DNA of 64,000 nucleotides from Anaeromyxobacteraceae bacterium (lineage in GTDB: Bacteria; Myxococcota; Myxococcia; Myxococcales; Anaeromyxobacteraceae). Position 1 is the stretch's first letter. Every line of letters begins with the position of its first letter. The DNA lies in assembly GCA_037443385.1 (NCBI GenBank), contig JBBIOL010000003.1:2542-66541 (forward strand), read 5' to 3'. A program made the position numbers and the translations under genes. Below are positions 41,180-49,565 of this stretch, piece after piece. The notes beneath the pieces are model-generated. The model made no database searches. It saw only the letters and a list, made by a program, of their open reading frames with translations, and was not told where the DNA came from.

Positions 41180-44100
41180 CTACGGCGTCGCCCGGAGGAT
41201 ACCCCAGACCCCGGCCAGCCCCCCGAAGCCCGACCGGTCCATGAGCAGGTAGTCGCCGGTGATCGCGTTCGACCCGCCCACCCGCGGCAGCCGCAGCGTG
41301 AAGTGGGACGCCGGCTGGATCTGGTCCTGGGCCCCCATGGCGATGCTCGGGCCGTAGTCCCCGATCATCCGCGAGGCGACCTCCAGCGGGCCGATCCCGG
41401 TCGTGCTGGGATCGCCGGGGGTCGCTCCGGGGACGACCGCCGTTCCGGAGATGGTCGGGTAGAAGCCGGTGGGGTTGCAGTTGCCCGGGATGCCCATGTA
41501 GGACGAGTTGCACACGTAGGGCGACCGCTGCCAGACGTGGCCGTGGAGCGTGATCACGCTGGCCCGGTTGGCGCCGGTGGGCTCGAGGAGGTGGATGCGG
41601 GCCTCGGTCCCGGCCCTGGCGGTGAAGATGGGCGCGGACGGCTCGCCGCCCACGAGCGCGTTCGAGTAGGCGTCGCCCGCGTTCGACACCGTGCGGAAGC
41701 TGTTCGGCCCGGTGAAGGGCGTGTTGGGCGGCAGCCCGAAGCGGAACCAGAGCGGGTCGGTGCGGTAGTTGAGCGCCATCTCGCCCGAGTCCTCCGCGTC
41801 CTCGGCCACCGAGAACTCGGCCGCGATCTGCTCGACCGGCTCGCCGTCGCCGTAGCGGTGGGCCATGCCCTTCTGGATCACCGCCACGAAGTCGCGGATC
41901 GTCCCGTTCACCGTGGCCGAGACGCGCGTCTCGCGGCAGGCCGGGTTCGCGGCGGCGGTCTTCGGGGTGACGGCGGTGCAGTTCGCCACCACGCGGGCCT
42001 GGTTGTCCTGGACGTAGTCGGTCTCGGTCCAGGTGGAGCCCCGGGGAAGGACGACCAGCGCCCCTCCCGCGCCCTTCTGTCCGTGCTTGATGGGGTCGGC
42101 GGGCATGAGGTTCGTGCCGCCGTACTCGACCGGGGTCGCCACCAGGTTGAACGACGTGCCGGTGGCGGGGGACAGGCTGACGTCCCCGGCGTACCAGCGG
42201 TAGTTCACCGTCGCGCCCGGTGCGGCGATGTTGGCGTTCGGGTTCGAGCCCACCACCACGCCGGTGTCCTGCCGGACGTTGTGCGAGACGAGCGCCGGCC
42301 GGATGCCCACGTACGAGGACGGGCGCACGTTGTTGTTGTTGAAGGTGGTGAGGTCGCCGGTGCCGGTGGTGGTCGAGGGCACCGCTCCGCCGTCGCGGGT
42401 GATGGACGGCGGGAGGTGCTTCCAGCTCGGCAGATCGGGCATGGCGGCGGGCAGCTTGTTGCGCAGCTTCACCACCACGCAGTCGCCGGCCGCGGCGCGG
42501 AGCACGATCGGCTCCACCGGGGCCTGCGGGCGCAGCTTCACCGGGCAGGTGTAGTTCGTGGGCGTGAGCTTCCCGCTCGTGAGGCAGCGGGCGTCGGTGG
42601 CGCTCCGGGCCACGAGGTCGGCGGTCTTCACGTACAGGATGGCCGTCGGGTCGTGGAGCACGCCGCCCAGGTGGGCCGCCTGCGCGAAGGTCCCGCCGCC
42701 GTCGAGCACCTTGTTGAGCGCCGCGACGTTCGTGGCGCGCGGGTTGTAGACCAGCGTCCCGCCGGTCGAGACCAGCGGTCCGCCCGCGTGTTCCTTGGCG
42801 AGGTCGGGGTCGGCGGGGACGATGGTGGCGGCCACGGCGTTGTCGAGCACGTCGTTCGCGAGCACGGCGGTGAGGTCGTAGTTGCGGACCGGGGCCGTGG
42901 ACGGGCAGATGCCGGTGAACGCCTTGGTGTTGGCGAGCGAGATGGGCACGGTGGTGTTGGGCAGCTTGAAGAGGTCGGTCTGGGCGGAGTTGTAGGTGCG
43001 GAGCAGGCCCCAGGCGCCGTTCCAGTAGCCGTCCATCGAGGTGTTGATGGAGTACAGGTAGTCCGCCGTGGTGGCGGCGCCGAGCACCGGGAGGGCCGGG
43101 GTCGCGAAGGCGAACTGCTCGGAGATGCCGGCGTGCTGCGCGTTGCGCCAGCCGGAGTTGGGCGAGAACCCGTAGCCCGATCCTCCCTGCAGCCACTTCA
43201 TGCCGCCGATGCTGACGGTGTGCGACTCCTCGTCGCCGCCGGCCTGGATGCGCATGCGGATCCGGTCGCCGTAGTAGGCGCGCATCATGGGGGTGAACGG
43301 GTCGCCGGCCCTGAGGGCGGTGGGCTGGTTCAGCGGGGGCGGGAAGCGGGTCCCGTTGATCACGGTCTTGGCGTTGGGCTGCACGTTCAGGGCGGCGATG
43401 GCGCGATCGGTGCGGCTGTCGAACGCGAAGGCCAGGTCGCCGGCCAGGCCGGCGGTCTGGGCGCCCGGGCGGCCGTCGGGGCCGACGGCGGCCGGGTTGT
43501 AGACGCGGTAGCCGATGGGCTCGTTGCGGTAGTTCACCACGAAGAAGCCCGGGTCGTCGGCCGAGATGGCCTCCGGGCAGGGGCGGGGCACGCCGCCGAA
43601 GCAGCCCTGGGCGATGACGATGGTGTCGGGGAAGGCGCCCTGCTTGCCGAACCGGCCGGTGGCCTGCTCCTTCGTCGAGGCGTTCACCGCCAGGCGGAAG
43701 GTGTCGGTGGTGGGATCCTGCCCGCGCTCGCCGTCCTGGCCACGGCCGACGTAGACGCCCGGCTTGTAGGCGTGCTGGAAGTCCGTGTACTCGAAGTAGA
43801 ACTCGCGGTAGCTGTCGTTCTTGCCGTCGCCGTCGACGTCGCCGGTGAGGATGGCCGCCTGCCAGCTGGTCGGGCCGCCATCCTGCCGGCCGCCGTCGCC
43901 CACGCGGGTGCGGTCGCCGAGCTGGAGCCCGGTCTCGTTGTGCGCCCACTGGGAGTTGGGCGGCTCCACCAGGACGGTGGCGTACAGGCCGATCTGCTGG
44001 TGCGTGGACGGGCCGAAGTGGTCATGGGTGAAGATGGTGCCGAGGCCGCGGTGCACGCCGGCCACGTTCACCACCGGGTCGGAGAACCAGCGCTCCAGCG

Positions 44101-47100
44101 TGGTCCGGGCGCCCTTCCAGGCCGGCGCCCCGTCCGCGGACCAGATCTTGGCGGGCTGCAGCGGCCCGAAGTACGGGTGGTCCTCGGCCTGCAGGGGGGC
44201 GTTGAGGGCGTTGCCCTTGCTGTTCGCCGGGTTGCCCGCGCCGGTGGGGTTGAAGGCGTTGATGGCGCGGATGCGCTCGCGCACCGCGTCGGGGGAGAGC
44301 GTGCCGTCCTCGTAGTTCCAGCCATTGGCCGACCCGTCGGTGGTGGTGAGGTCCCACTTGGGCAGGTGGATGTGCTGGCCGATGATGTCGGTGGTGGTGC
44401 GGATCTGGTAGTCGTCGAGCTCGTACACCGACGGCACCAGGTTCGTGTGCTGGTACATCACGCAGTCGAAGGTGTTCATCCGCATCACGAACGGCTCGGG
44501 CGGCTTCTTCTTGGTGATGACCGGGAGCGCGTCCCCCCAGAGCACGCCGATGCGCTCCTGCGGGTAGTGGAACCCGAGCTTGTTGAGCACCGCGTCGAAC
44601 TGGATGTTGGCGCCCTTGTAGATGCGCGGGCTGTCGGCGTGGAAGGCGGAGGTGCCGGTGGTCGAGGTGCCGCCGCGGCCGTCGAAGAAGTTCCCGCCGG
44701 CGCTGCGGAAGACCTTTCCGGTGTCGTCGATGCAGGGCTCGTGGAACGGGGCCCCCGCGACGGGGCGCCCGGAGCCGTTGGTGACGAAGCCCGCCTGCCG
44801 GACCGACCGGTCGAGGCCGAGCGCGAAAGTGGGGTGGGTGCGCACCGAGTGGAAGGCCATGGCCGACTGCTCCACGTCGGTCCCGGTCTCCGGGTACCAG
44901 ACCGCCTTCGCCTTCTTGAGCTCCTTCGTCATGTCGAGCCGCGACTCGACGCTGTGCGCGCAGGCGGCGCGCGCCTGGGCGGGGGACTGGCCCTGCGTCG
45001 GCGTGCAGCCCGAGGCGGCGAAGCCGTCGAGGGCGTGGCGCGGGAGGCCGCCGTCGAAGCCGCCGGCGCGGGTGTCCATGTCGAGCGGGGGAGACGGCAT
45101 GCGCTGCCCGACGGTGTCCTCCAGGCCGGCGAGCCAGAAGGGGAAGCCGGGGTTCTTCACCGGCTTGAAGCCCGGGGTGTAGGAGCCCGGCGGGGCGCTC
45201 GCCACCGCCGAGACGATCCCGGGGTCGGTCTCGGGCGTACGGGCCACGCGGGCCACGCTGCCGAGCACGGTCGCGCCGTCCGGGGCCAGCTTGGGAACCA
45301 CCGCGACCGAGCCGGGCATGGGGGCCATGGGCTTGCCGGGCAGCGGCACGAGCGCCGGGATGGGGGTTCCGACCGCGATCTCGCCGTCGGGCAGGGAGCG
45401 GGCGCGGGCGTTCGTGAGGCCCGCCACGGTCACCGGCGCCGGGGTGCCGTCCTGCAGCGCCCAGGGCGAGGCGTGGAAGCCGCCCTTGCTCACCGCGAGC
45501 GGCGTGCCCAGCTCCATCACGTCGTGGTTGCGCCAGAGCTCCCACATGCCCTGGGCGAAGTGCGGGTAGAAGTGGCAGTGGAAGATGGCGTCGCCGGCGC
45601 TCTTGTTGCGGTTGCCGGACCCGCCGAAGTTGATCTCGTAGGTGTAGCCGGCGCCGGGGCCGATGCCCTGGGCGTCGAGGTAGTTGGAGTTGTCGTCGTT
45701 GGGGTTGAAGAGCCACTGGTGGTTGTGCAGGTGGAAGATGTGGTGCTCCTTCCCCGTGTGCACGTTGCGGAACTTGACGTGGTCGCCGATGTAGCTGTGG
45801 TGCACGTTGGACGGGTCGTCGGGATAGAAGGCCCGGGTGGCCTTGGGACCCACCGCCGTGCACGGACCCACCGTGAAGCCGGGAGGCGCGCAGGCCTCGA
45901 GACCGGTGGTGGCGGGCACGTCCACCACCATGGCCGGGTCGCCCACCGCCGGGGAGGTGAGGAAGAACTCCTCGTAGGCGCAGTCCAGGCAGTCGTGCAT
46001 GGGGCCCACGCCGAGCCGGTTGGCGATCACCTCGGGGCCGATGGCGCCCGAGCCGTAGTTCACCTGGAACACGTCGCCCACGGCGTGCAGCGTGTGGGCG
46101 AGCGGGTTCTGGACGCCGTTGATGAGCCTCGCGAACCAGAGCGGGAAGGCGTTGGCGACCGCCATCTCGTCGTGGAACACCACCGTGTACTCGCGGAAGG
46201 GCTCGAGCCGGTTGGGCAGCGTGGGGTTGGTGTAGCCGAGCGACTCGAGCGGGTAGGTGGAGGGCGGGAAGTTCCCGTCGGGAGAGCCGGGGGGCCCGGC
46301 GATGATGGCGTTCAGGTCGGAGTGCGCCAGGGTCGCCCCGTCGAGCATGTTGAGCACCGGCGCGCCGGCCTTGCCCTCGCGGACCCAGACGCTCGGGCTC
46401 GTGACGGTCACGACCGCCCCGGTGGCGTCCAGGGCCTGGACCGTGGTGCCCGAGGGCCAGGCCTGTGCGAGGACCCGGGGAACGGTGACGGGCGCGCCCA
46501 GGTCGGTGGTGGCGGTGATGGTGGCTCCGGCGAGCCAGCTCCGCGTGGTGCCGGTCGCGAGCAGGAACCCGTTCGGGGTCGCGGGGTCGAGGGTGTAGGC
46601 GAGCGTCTCGGTGGCCGTTCCGTCGGAGAGGGTGAGGAATCCGGCGCCGGCGAAGGGCGCCGACTGGCGGGTGGGATCGGTGGCGGTGACGAGGGCGGTC
46701 GCGCCGGCGGCGACGTCGGCCGAGGCGGCGATGGTCGGCGTGCCGGTGCCGGTCAGGGTGAATCCGGTCGCGGTCGCCGTGTAGGAGAAGGTCTCGGCGG
46801 TTCCGGCGCCGGCCGGGACGATCTTCAGGGTGCCCGTGGCTGCGAAGGGCGGCGTGAGCGTGGTCGGATCGCTCGCCGTGGCGAGGATGGCGGTCCCGGC
46901 CGCGGCGGCGGCGCTCGTGGTGGTGGCGACGGGGGTCGAGGTGGTGGCCGGGTAGCGGGCCTCGTAGTCCAGGATGGGGTGGCCGCTGCAGGTGTAGCCG
47001 GGGGTGCCCGGGCAGGAGGCGGCGTTGCCCACGTCCACGGCGAGGCGCAGCTCCTCCTCGGTGACCTGGCTGCGGTAGAAGCGGGCGCCGGGCGGCTCCA

Positions 47101-47779
47101 CGTTCACCACCGCGAACATGCCGTTGGCGCTGTTGCCGGCCGCGCCGTCGGAGCCGAACACGGCGCCGTGGCTGGTGACGAGGAAGGTGCCCTCCTTGGG
47201 CGCGTAGTACTGGTAGGTGGTGCTCGCCCCCGGGCCCACGAGGCCCGACGACGTGGCGGCGCCGACGAGCGACCCGTCGTCCTTCATGGAGGTGAGGAGC
47301 TCGAGCCCCTGGGCGTGGAACGAGGCACGCCGATCCACCACCTGGTTGTCGACGAGCAGGTTCGGGTGGGGGGCGTTGGCCGGGTTGGCGCCGGGGGCGA
47401 GGAGGTTCTGGAAGGCCACCTCCAGGCAGTCGCCGGCCGCCACGCGCAGGACGAGCGGGCGCGGGCGCTTGTCCGGGCGGAGCGTCACCGCTCCGGCGGC
47501 GCAGGCGGTCCCGCACGCCTGCTGCGTGGTGCGCGAGACCACGTCGCGCCGCAGCGCGTACATGATCCCGTTCACGTTCTGCGACCCGAGGCGGTTGAAC
47601 ATGATGGGCTGGTCGAAGACCACCACGTCGGCCTTGACGGTCCGCGTGCAGGTGACCTGCGCGCCGGCGTCGAGGGGGGCCAGGAGCGCGATCCCGGCCG
47701 CTCCGATGACCACCAGTGAAAGGCGCGCGTTCCGTCCGGCGCCGCCTGCCCGCTTCCGCATCGCGTTGTCGCCCTGCAT
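41180..47779 (-). CDS. Giant (2,199-aa) exported multicopper-oxidase-like protein
   Basis: ATG 47779 has GGAGG 7 nt upstream, and the product has a Sec-type signal peptide. Copper-ligand motifs are HHIFHLHNH (45719-45745), HCHFYPHFAQGM (45545-45580), HIH (44366-44374), THDHFGPSTH (44000-44029) and LHGH (41537-41548). Confidence 0.85.
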   Translation of the reverse strand: MQGDNAMRKRAGGAGRNARLSLVVIGAAGIALLAPLDAGAQVTCTRTVKADVVVFDQPIMFNRLGSQNVNGIMYALRRDVVSRTTQQACGTACAAGAVTLRPDKRPRPLVLRVAAGDCLEVAFQNLLAPGANPANAPHPNLLVDNQVVDRRASFHAQGLELLTSMKDDGSLVGAATSSGLVGPGASTTYQYYAPKEGTFLVTSHGAVFGSDGAAGNSANGMFAVVNVEPPGARFYRSQVTEEELRLAVDVGNAASCPGTPGYTCSGHPILDYEARYPATTSTPVATTTSAAAAAGTAILATASDPTTLTPPFAATGTLKIVPAGAGTAETFSYTATATGFTLTGTGTPTIAASADVAAGATALVTATDPTRQSAPFAGAGFLTLSDGTATETLAYTLDPATPNGFLLATGTTRSWLAGATITATTDLGAPVTVPRVLAQAWPSGTTVQALDATGAVVTVTSPSVWVREGKAGAPVLNMLDGATLAHSDLNAIIAGPPGSPDGNFPPSTYPLESLGYTNPTLPNRLEPFREYTVVFHDEMAVANAFPLWFARLINGVQNPLAHTLHAVGDVFQVNYGSGAIGPEVIANRLGVGPMHDCLDCAYEEFFLTSPAVGDPAMVVDVPATTGLEACAPPGFTVGPCTAVGPKATRAFYPDDPSNVHHSYIGDHVKFRNVHTGKEHHIFHLHNHQWLFNPNDDNSNYLDAQGIGPGAGYTYEINFGGSGNRNKSAGDAIFHCHFYPHFAQGMWELWRNHDVMELGTPLAVSKGGFHASPWALQDGTPAPVTVAGLTNARARSLPDGEIAVGTPIPALVPLPGKPMAPMPGSVAVVPKLAPDGATVLGSVARVARTPETDPGIVSAVASAPPGSYTPGFKPVKNPGFPFWLAGLEDTVGQRMPSPPLDMDTRAGGFDGGLPRHALDGFAASGCTPTQGQSPAQARAACAHSVESRLDMTKELKKAKAVWYPETGTDVEQSAMAFHSVRTHPTFALGLDRSVRQAGFVTNGSGRPVAGAPFHEPCIDDTGKVFRSAGGNFFDGRGGTSTTGTSAFHADSPRIYKGANIQFDAVLNKLGFHYPQERIGVLWGDALPVITKKKPPEPFVMRMNTFDCVMYQHTNLVPSVYELDDYQIRTTTDIIGQHIHLPKWDLTTTDGSANGWNYEDGTLSPDAVRERIRAINAFNPTGAGNPANSKGNALNAPLQAEDHPYFGPLQPAKIWSADGAPAWKGARTTLERWFSDPVVNVAGVHRGLGTIFTHDHFGPSTHQQIGLYATVLVEPPNSQWAHNETGLQLGDRTRVGDGGRQDGGPTSWQAAILTGDVDGDGKNDSYREFYFEYTDFQHAYKPGVYVGRGQDGERGQDPTTDTFRLAVNASTKEQATGRFGKQGAFPDTIVIAQGCFGGVPRPCPEAISADDPGFFVVNYRNEPIGYRVYNPAAVGPDGRPGAQTAGLAGDLAFAFDSRTDRAIAALNVQPNAKTVINGTRFPPPLNQPTALRAGDPFTPMMRAYYGDRIRMRIQAGGDEESHTVSIGGMKWLQGGSGYGFSPNSGWRNAQHAGISEQFAFATPALPVLGAATTADYLYSINTSMDGYWNGAWGLLRTYNSAQTDLFKLPNTTVPISLANTKAFTGICPSTAPVRNYDLTAVLANDVLDNAVAATIVPADPDLAKEHAGGPLVSTGGTLVYNPRATNVAALNKVLDGGGTFAQAAHLGGVLHDPTAILYVKTADLVARSATDARCLTSGKLTPTNYTCPVKLRPQAPVEPIVLRAAAGDCVVVKLRNKLPAAMPDLPSWKHLPPSITRDGGAVPSTTTGTGDLTTFNNNNVRPSSYVGIRPALVSHNVRQDTGVVVGSNPNANIAAPGATVNYRWYAGDVSLSPATGTSFNLVATPVEYGGTNLMPADPIKHGQKGAGGALVVLPRGSTWTETDYVQDNQARVVANCTAVTPKTAAANPACRETRVSATVNGTIRDFVAVIQKGMAHRYGDGEPVEQIAAEFSVAEDAEDSGEMALNYRTDPLWFRFGLPPNTPFTGPNSFRTVSNAGDAYSNALVGGEPSAPIFTARAGTEARIHLLEPTGANRASVITLHGHVWQRSPYVCNSSYMGIPGNCNPTGFYPTISGTAVVPGATPGDPSTTGIGPLEVASRMIGDYGPSIAMGAQDQIQPASHFTLRLPRVGGSNAITGDYLLMDRSGFGGLAGVWGILRATP
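46558..46890 (-). repeat. In-frame tandem duplication (about 65-aa period) of a Thr/Ala-rich segment inside the MCO gene
   Basis: The copies are ILATASDPTTLTPPFAATGTL...GTAETFSYT...GFTL (about 46754-46890) and LVTATDPTRQSAPFAGAGFL...GTATETLAYT...GFLL (about 46558-46693). Confidence 0.6.
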
Positions 47780-48256
47780 GAGACCTCCGACTCCGGCCCT
47801 TCCGGGCCATCTGCGCGTCCCCGGTGCCCCGGTGCCCTGCTTGCGACCGCCGGCCCGCCCGCGAAAAGAAAACTGGACCGCGTCGCTCCACTTCGTCCCG
47901 GGAACGACTGGTACTCGCTTCGATCTGGGACCGCCCGTCCCTTCATCGAGTGACACTCGCGTGACCCAACTTCTTGGAATCACGAAAGTAAACGTGAATC
48001 GGAATTTTAGGGCTCGACCGAGCAAGCGCGGGTGGATCCCCTCAACCGCGCCCGGTTCCACCGGAAAGGAAAAGTTGACCCTGATCAATGATTAGAGGAG
48101 ATCAAGAAACCAGGGGCGCCCCGCCACGTTCACCATGAGTAAATGCGGCACCCGACGTCCCAGATGGGTGGTGGGTGGAAGAGTACCGGGGTCGCGGGAC
48201 GGGACGGGCCATCGCGGAGCGCGATCCCGTCCGTCCTGGGCTAGCTTCGTGCTGCG
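47780..48256. promoter_or_regulatory. 477-bp divergent intergenic control region with a markedly lower-GC core (about 47860-48130)
   Basis: I found no credible ORF here. It contains A/T runs (GAAAAGAAAACTGG, GAAAGTAAACGTGAATCGGAATTTTAG, GGAAAGGAAAAGTTGACC). It also has repeated GATCAA motifs and a tandem CCGGTGCC CCGGTGCC at 47821-47836. Confidence 0.6.
48196..48236 (+). promoter_or_regulatory. Long imperfect GC-rich hairpin (about 17 bp in three helices) 20 nt upstream of the LssY-like gene
   Basis: GGGACGGGACGGGCCATCGCG-GAG-CGCGATCCCGTCCGTCC. The ATCGCG/CGCGAT core is perfect and the outer arms pair with two small bulges. Confidence 0.45.
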
Positions 48257-49516
48257 ATGACACGACTGGAAACCGCGAGGCGGAGCGATCGGAACCGGGT
48301 CGGCGTGGGCGTCGGCATCGCGCTCCTGCTCGCGGGATGCGCCGGCTTCGCGCCCGAGCCGCACGAGCGGGCCGACTTCCACCTGCGCACCGAATCGCAG
48401 GAGGACGGCGCGTTCCGCGTCGCCACCGCGGCGCTCTCCAGCGACGAGACCCGCCGCTTCCTCGGCGTGGACCTGGAGTCGAAGGGGATCCAGCCGGTCT
48501 GGATCGAGATCGAGAACCGGACCGGGCGCACGGCCTGGTACCTCCCCATCGGCACCGACCCGGCCTACTTCGCGCCCTACGAGGTGGCCTACGGCTTCCA
48601 CACCTGGTGGGCGCCGGACCGGAGCCGCCGGATCGCCGAGCACCTGCTCTCCTCCGCGGTGCCGCTCGAGCTCCCCGCCGGGAAGGCGGTGCGGGGCTTC
48701 GTCTACACCCATGCCGGGCAGGGCGCGCGCTACCTCCGGGTCCAGATCCTCGACGACCGGCAGCTGCGCGAGTTCCGCTTCGTCGCCACCGTCCCGGGGA
48801 CCCGCTTCGACTTCCAGCGGGTGGACTTCGGCCGGCTCTACCCGGCCTCCGCCGTGCGCGACCTCGAGCTGCCCGCGCTGCTCGCCGAGATCGAGAAGCT
48901 CCCCTGCTGCGCGGCCGACGCGGAGGGCCGACCGCTCGCCGATCCGCTCAACCTGGTGCTGGTGGGCTCGCCCGTCGACGTGGCCTTCCCGCTCGTCCAG
49001 CGCGGCTGGAACCTCACCGAGCCCTTCGACGCCGGATCGGCCTGGCGGAGCGTGAAGGCCTTCCTGCTCGGGTCGTCCTACCAGACCTCGCCGGTGAGCC
49101 CGCTCCACCTCTTCGGGCGGCCCCAGGACGCGGCGCTGCAGAAGCCGCGCAACGACATCGACCGGCGCAACCACCTGCGGCTCTGGCTCGCCCCGTTCAC
49201 GCTGCGCGGGGTCCCGGTGTGGGTCGGCCAGGTGAGCCGCGACATCGGCGTCCGCTTCACCACCCGTTCCTGGTACCTCACCACCCACAAGATCGACCCC
49301 GACGTGGACGAGGATCGCGACTACCTCCTCCAGGACCTCGTGATGACCGGCCACGTGGCCGGCGTCGGGCTGGTCCCCGGCGTCGGACCCGCGCCGCGGG
49401 ACCGGCCCCGCCACAACCTCACCGGCGACCCCTACTTCACCGACGGCAGGCGGCTGCTCCTCGTCACCTCCCCGACCCCCTTCCCGGTGGACCGGATCCA
49501 GGTCATCGAGCGCTGA
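48257..49516 (+). CDS. LssY C-terminal domain-containing lipoprotein
   Basis: 419 aa with the lipobox LLLAGC. The C-terminal NHLRLWLAPFTLRGVPVWVGQVSRDIGVRF matches the LssY_C pattern as I recall it. The function is unknown. Confidence 0.65.
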   Translation: MTRLETARRSDRNRVGVGVGIALLLAGCAGFAPEPHERADFHLRTESQEDGAFRVATAALSSDETRRFLGVDLESKGIQPVWIEIENRTGRTAWYLPIGTDPAYFAPYEVAYGFHTWWAPDRSRRIAEHLLSSAVPLELPAGKAVRGFVYTHAGQGARYLRVQILDDRQLREFRFVATVPGTRFDFQRVDFGRLYPASAVRDLELPALLAEIEKLPCCAADAEGRPLADPLNLVLVGSPVDVAFPLVQRGWNLTEPFDAGSAWRSVKAFLLGSSYQTSPVSPLHLFGRPQDAALQKPRNDIDRRNHLRLWLAPFTLRGVPVWVGQVSRDIGVRFTTRSWYLTTHKIDPDVDEDRDYLLQDLVMTGHVAGVGLVPGVGPAPRDRPRHNLTGDPYFTDGRRLLLVTSPTPFPVDRIQVIER

Positions 49517-49565
49517 CCGCGGGCGGCTTCCCCGCCGGGGCCCCCTGCGCTAGCTTGTGCGCCCC

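Noticed and set aside
41303-47719. A 2138-aa plus-strand ORF mirroring the MCO gene.
   Set aside because: It is antisense to a gene with multiple canonical copper motifs, a signal peptide and an RBS. Its own product is an R/G/A/D/V repeat-like string with no recognisable domain.
47650-47779. A twin-arginine (Tat) signal on the giant MCO, given tatA/tatC elsewhere in the window.
   Set aside because: The N-terminus (MQGDNAMRKRAGGAGRNARLSLVVIGAAG...) has no S/T-R-R-x-F-L-K-type motif. It looks Sec-type, and the tat genes 20 kb away are housekeeping.
47830-47844. A sigma-54-like -24/-12 element (GG-N10-GC with TTGC) on the plus strand.
   Set aside because: Only the GG and TTGC match; the TGGCAC core is poor. 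It sits about 410 nt from the nearest plus-strand start, and no enhancer-binding protein gene is nearby. I kept it only as a remark inside the control-region finding.
47860-48130. The low-GC patch might be a remnant of a mobile element or a horizontally acquired island boundary.
   Set aside because: It is under 300 bp, with no integrase or transposase, no tRNA and no flanking direct or inverted terminal repeats. It is better explained as promoter/operator DNA.
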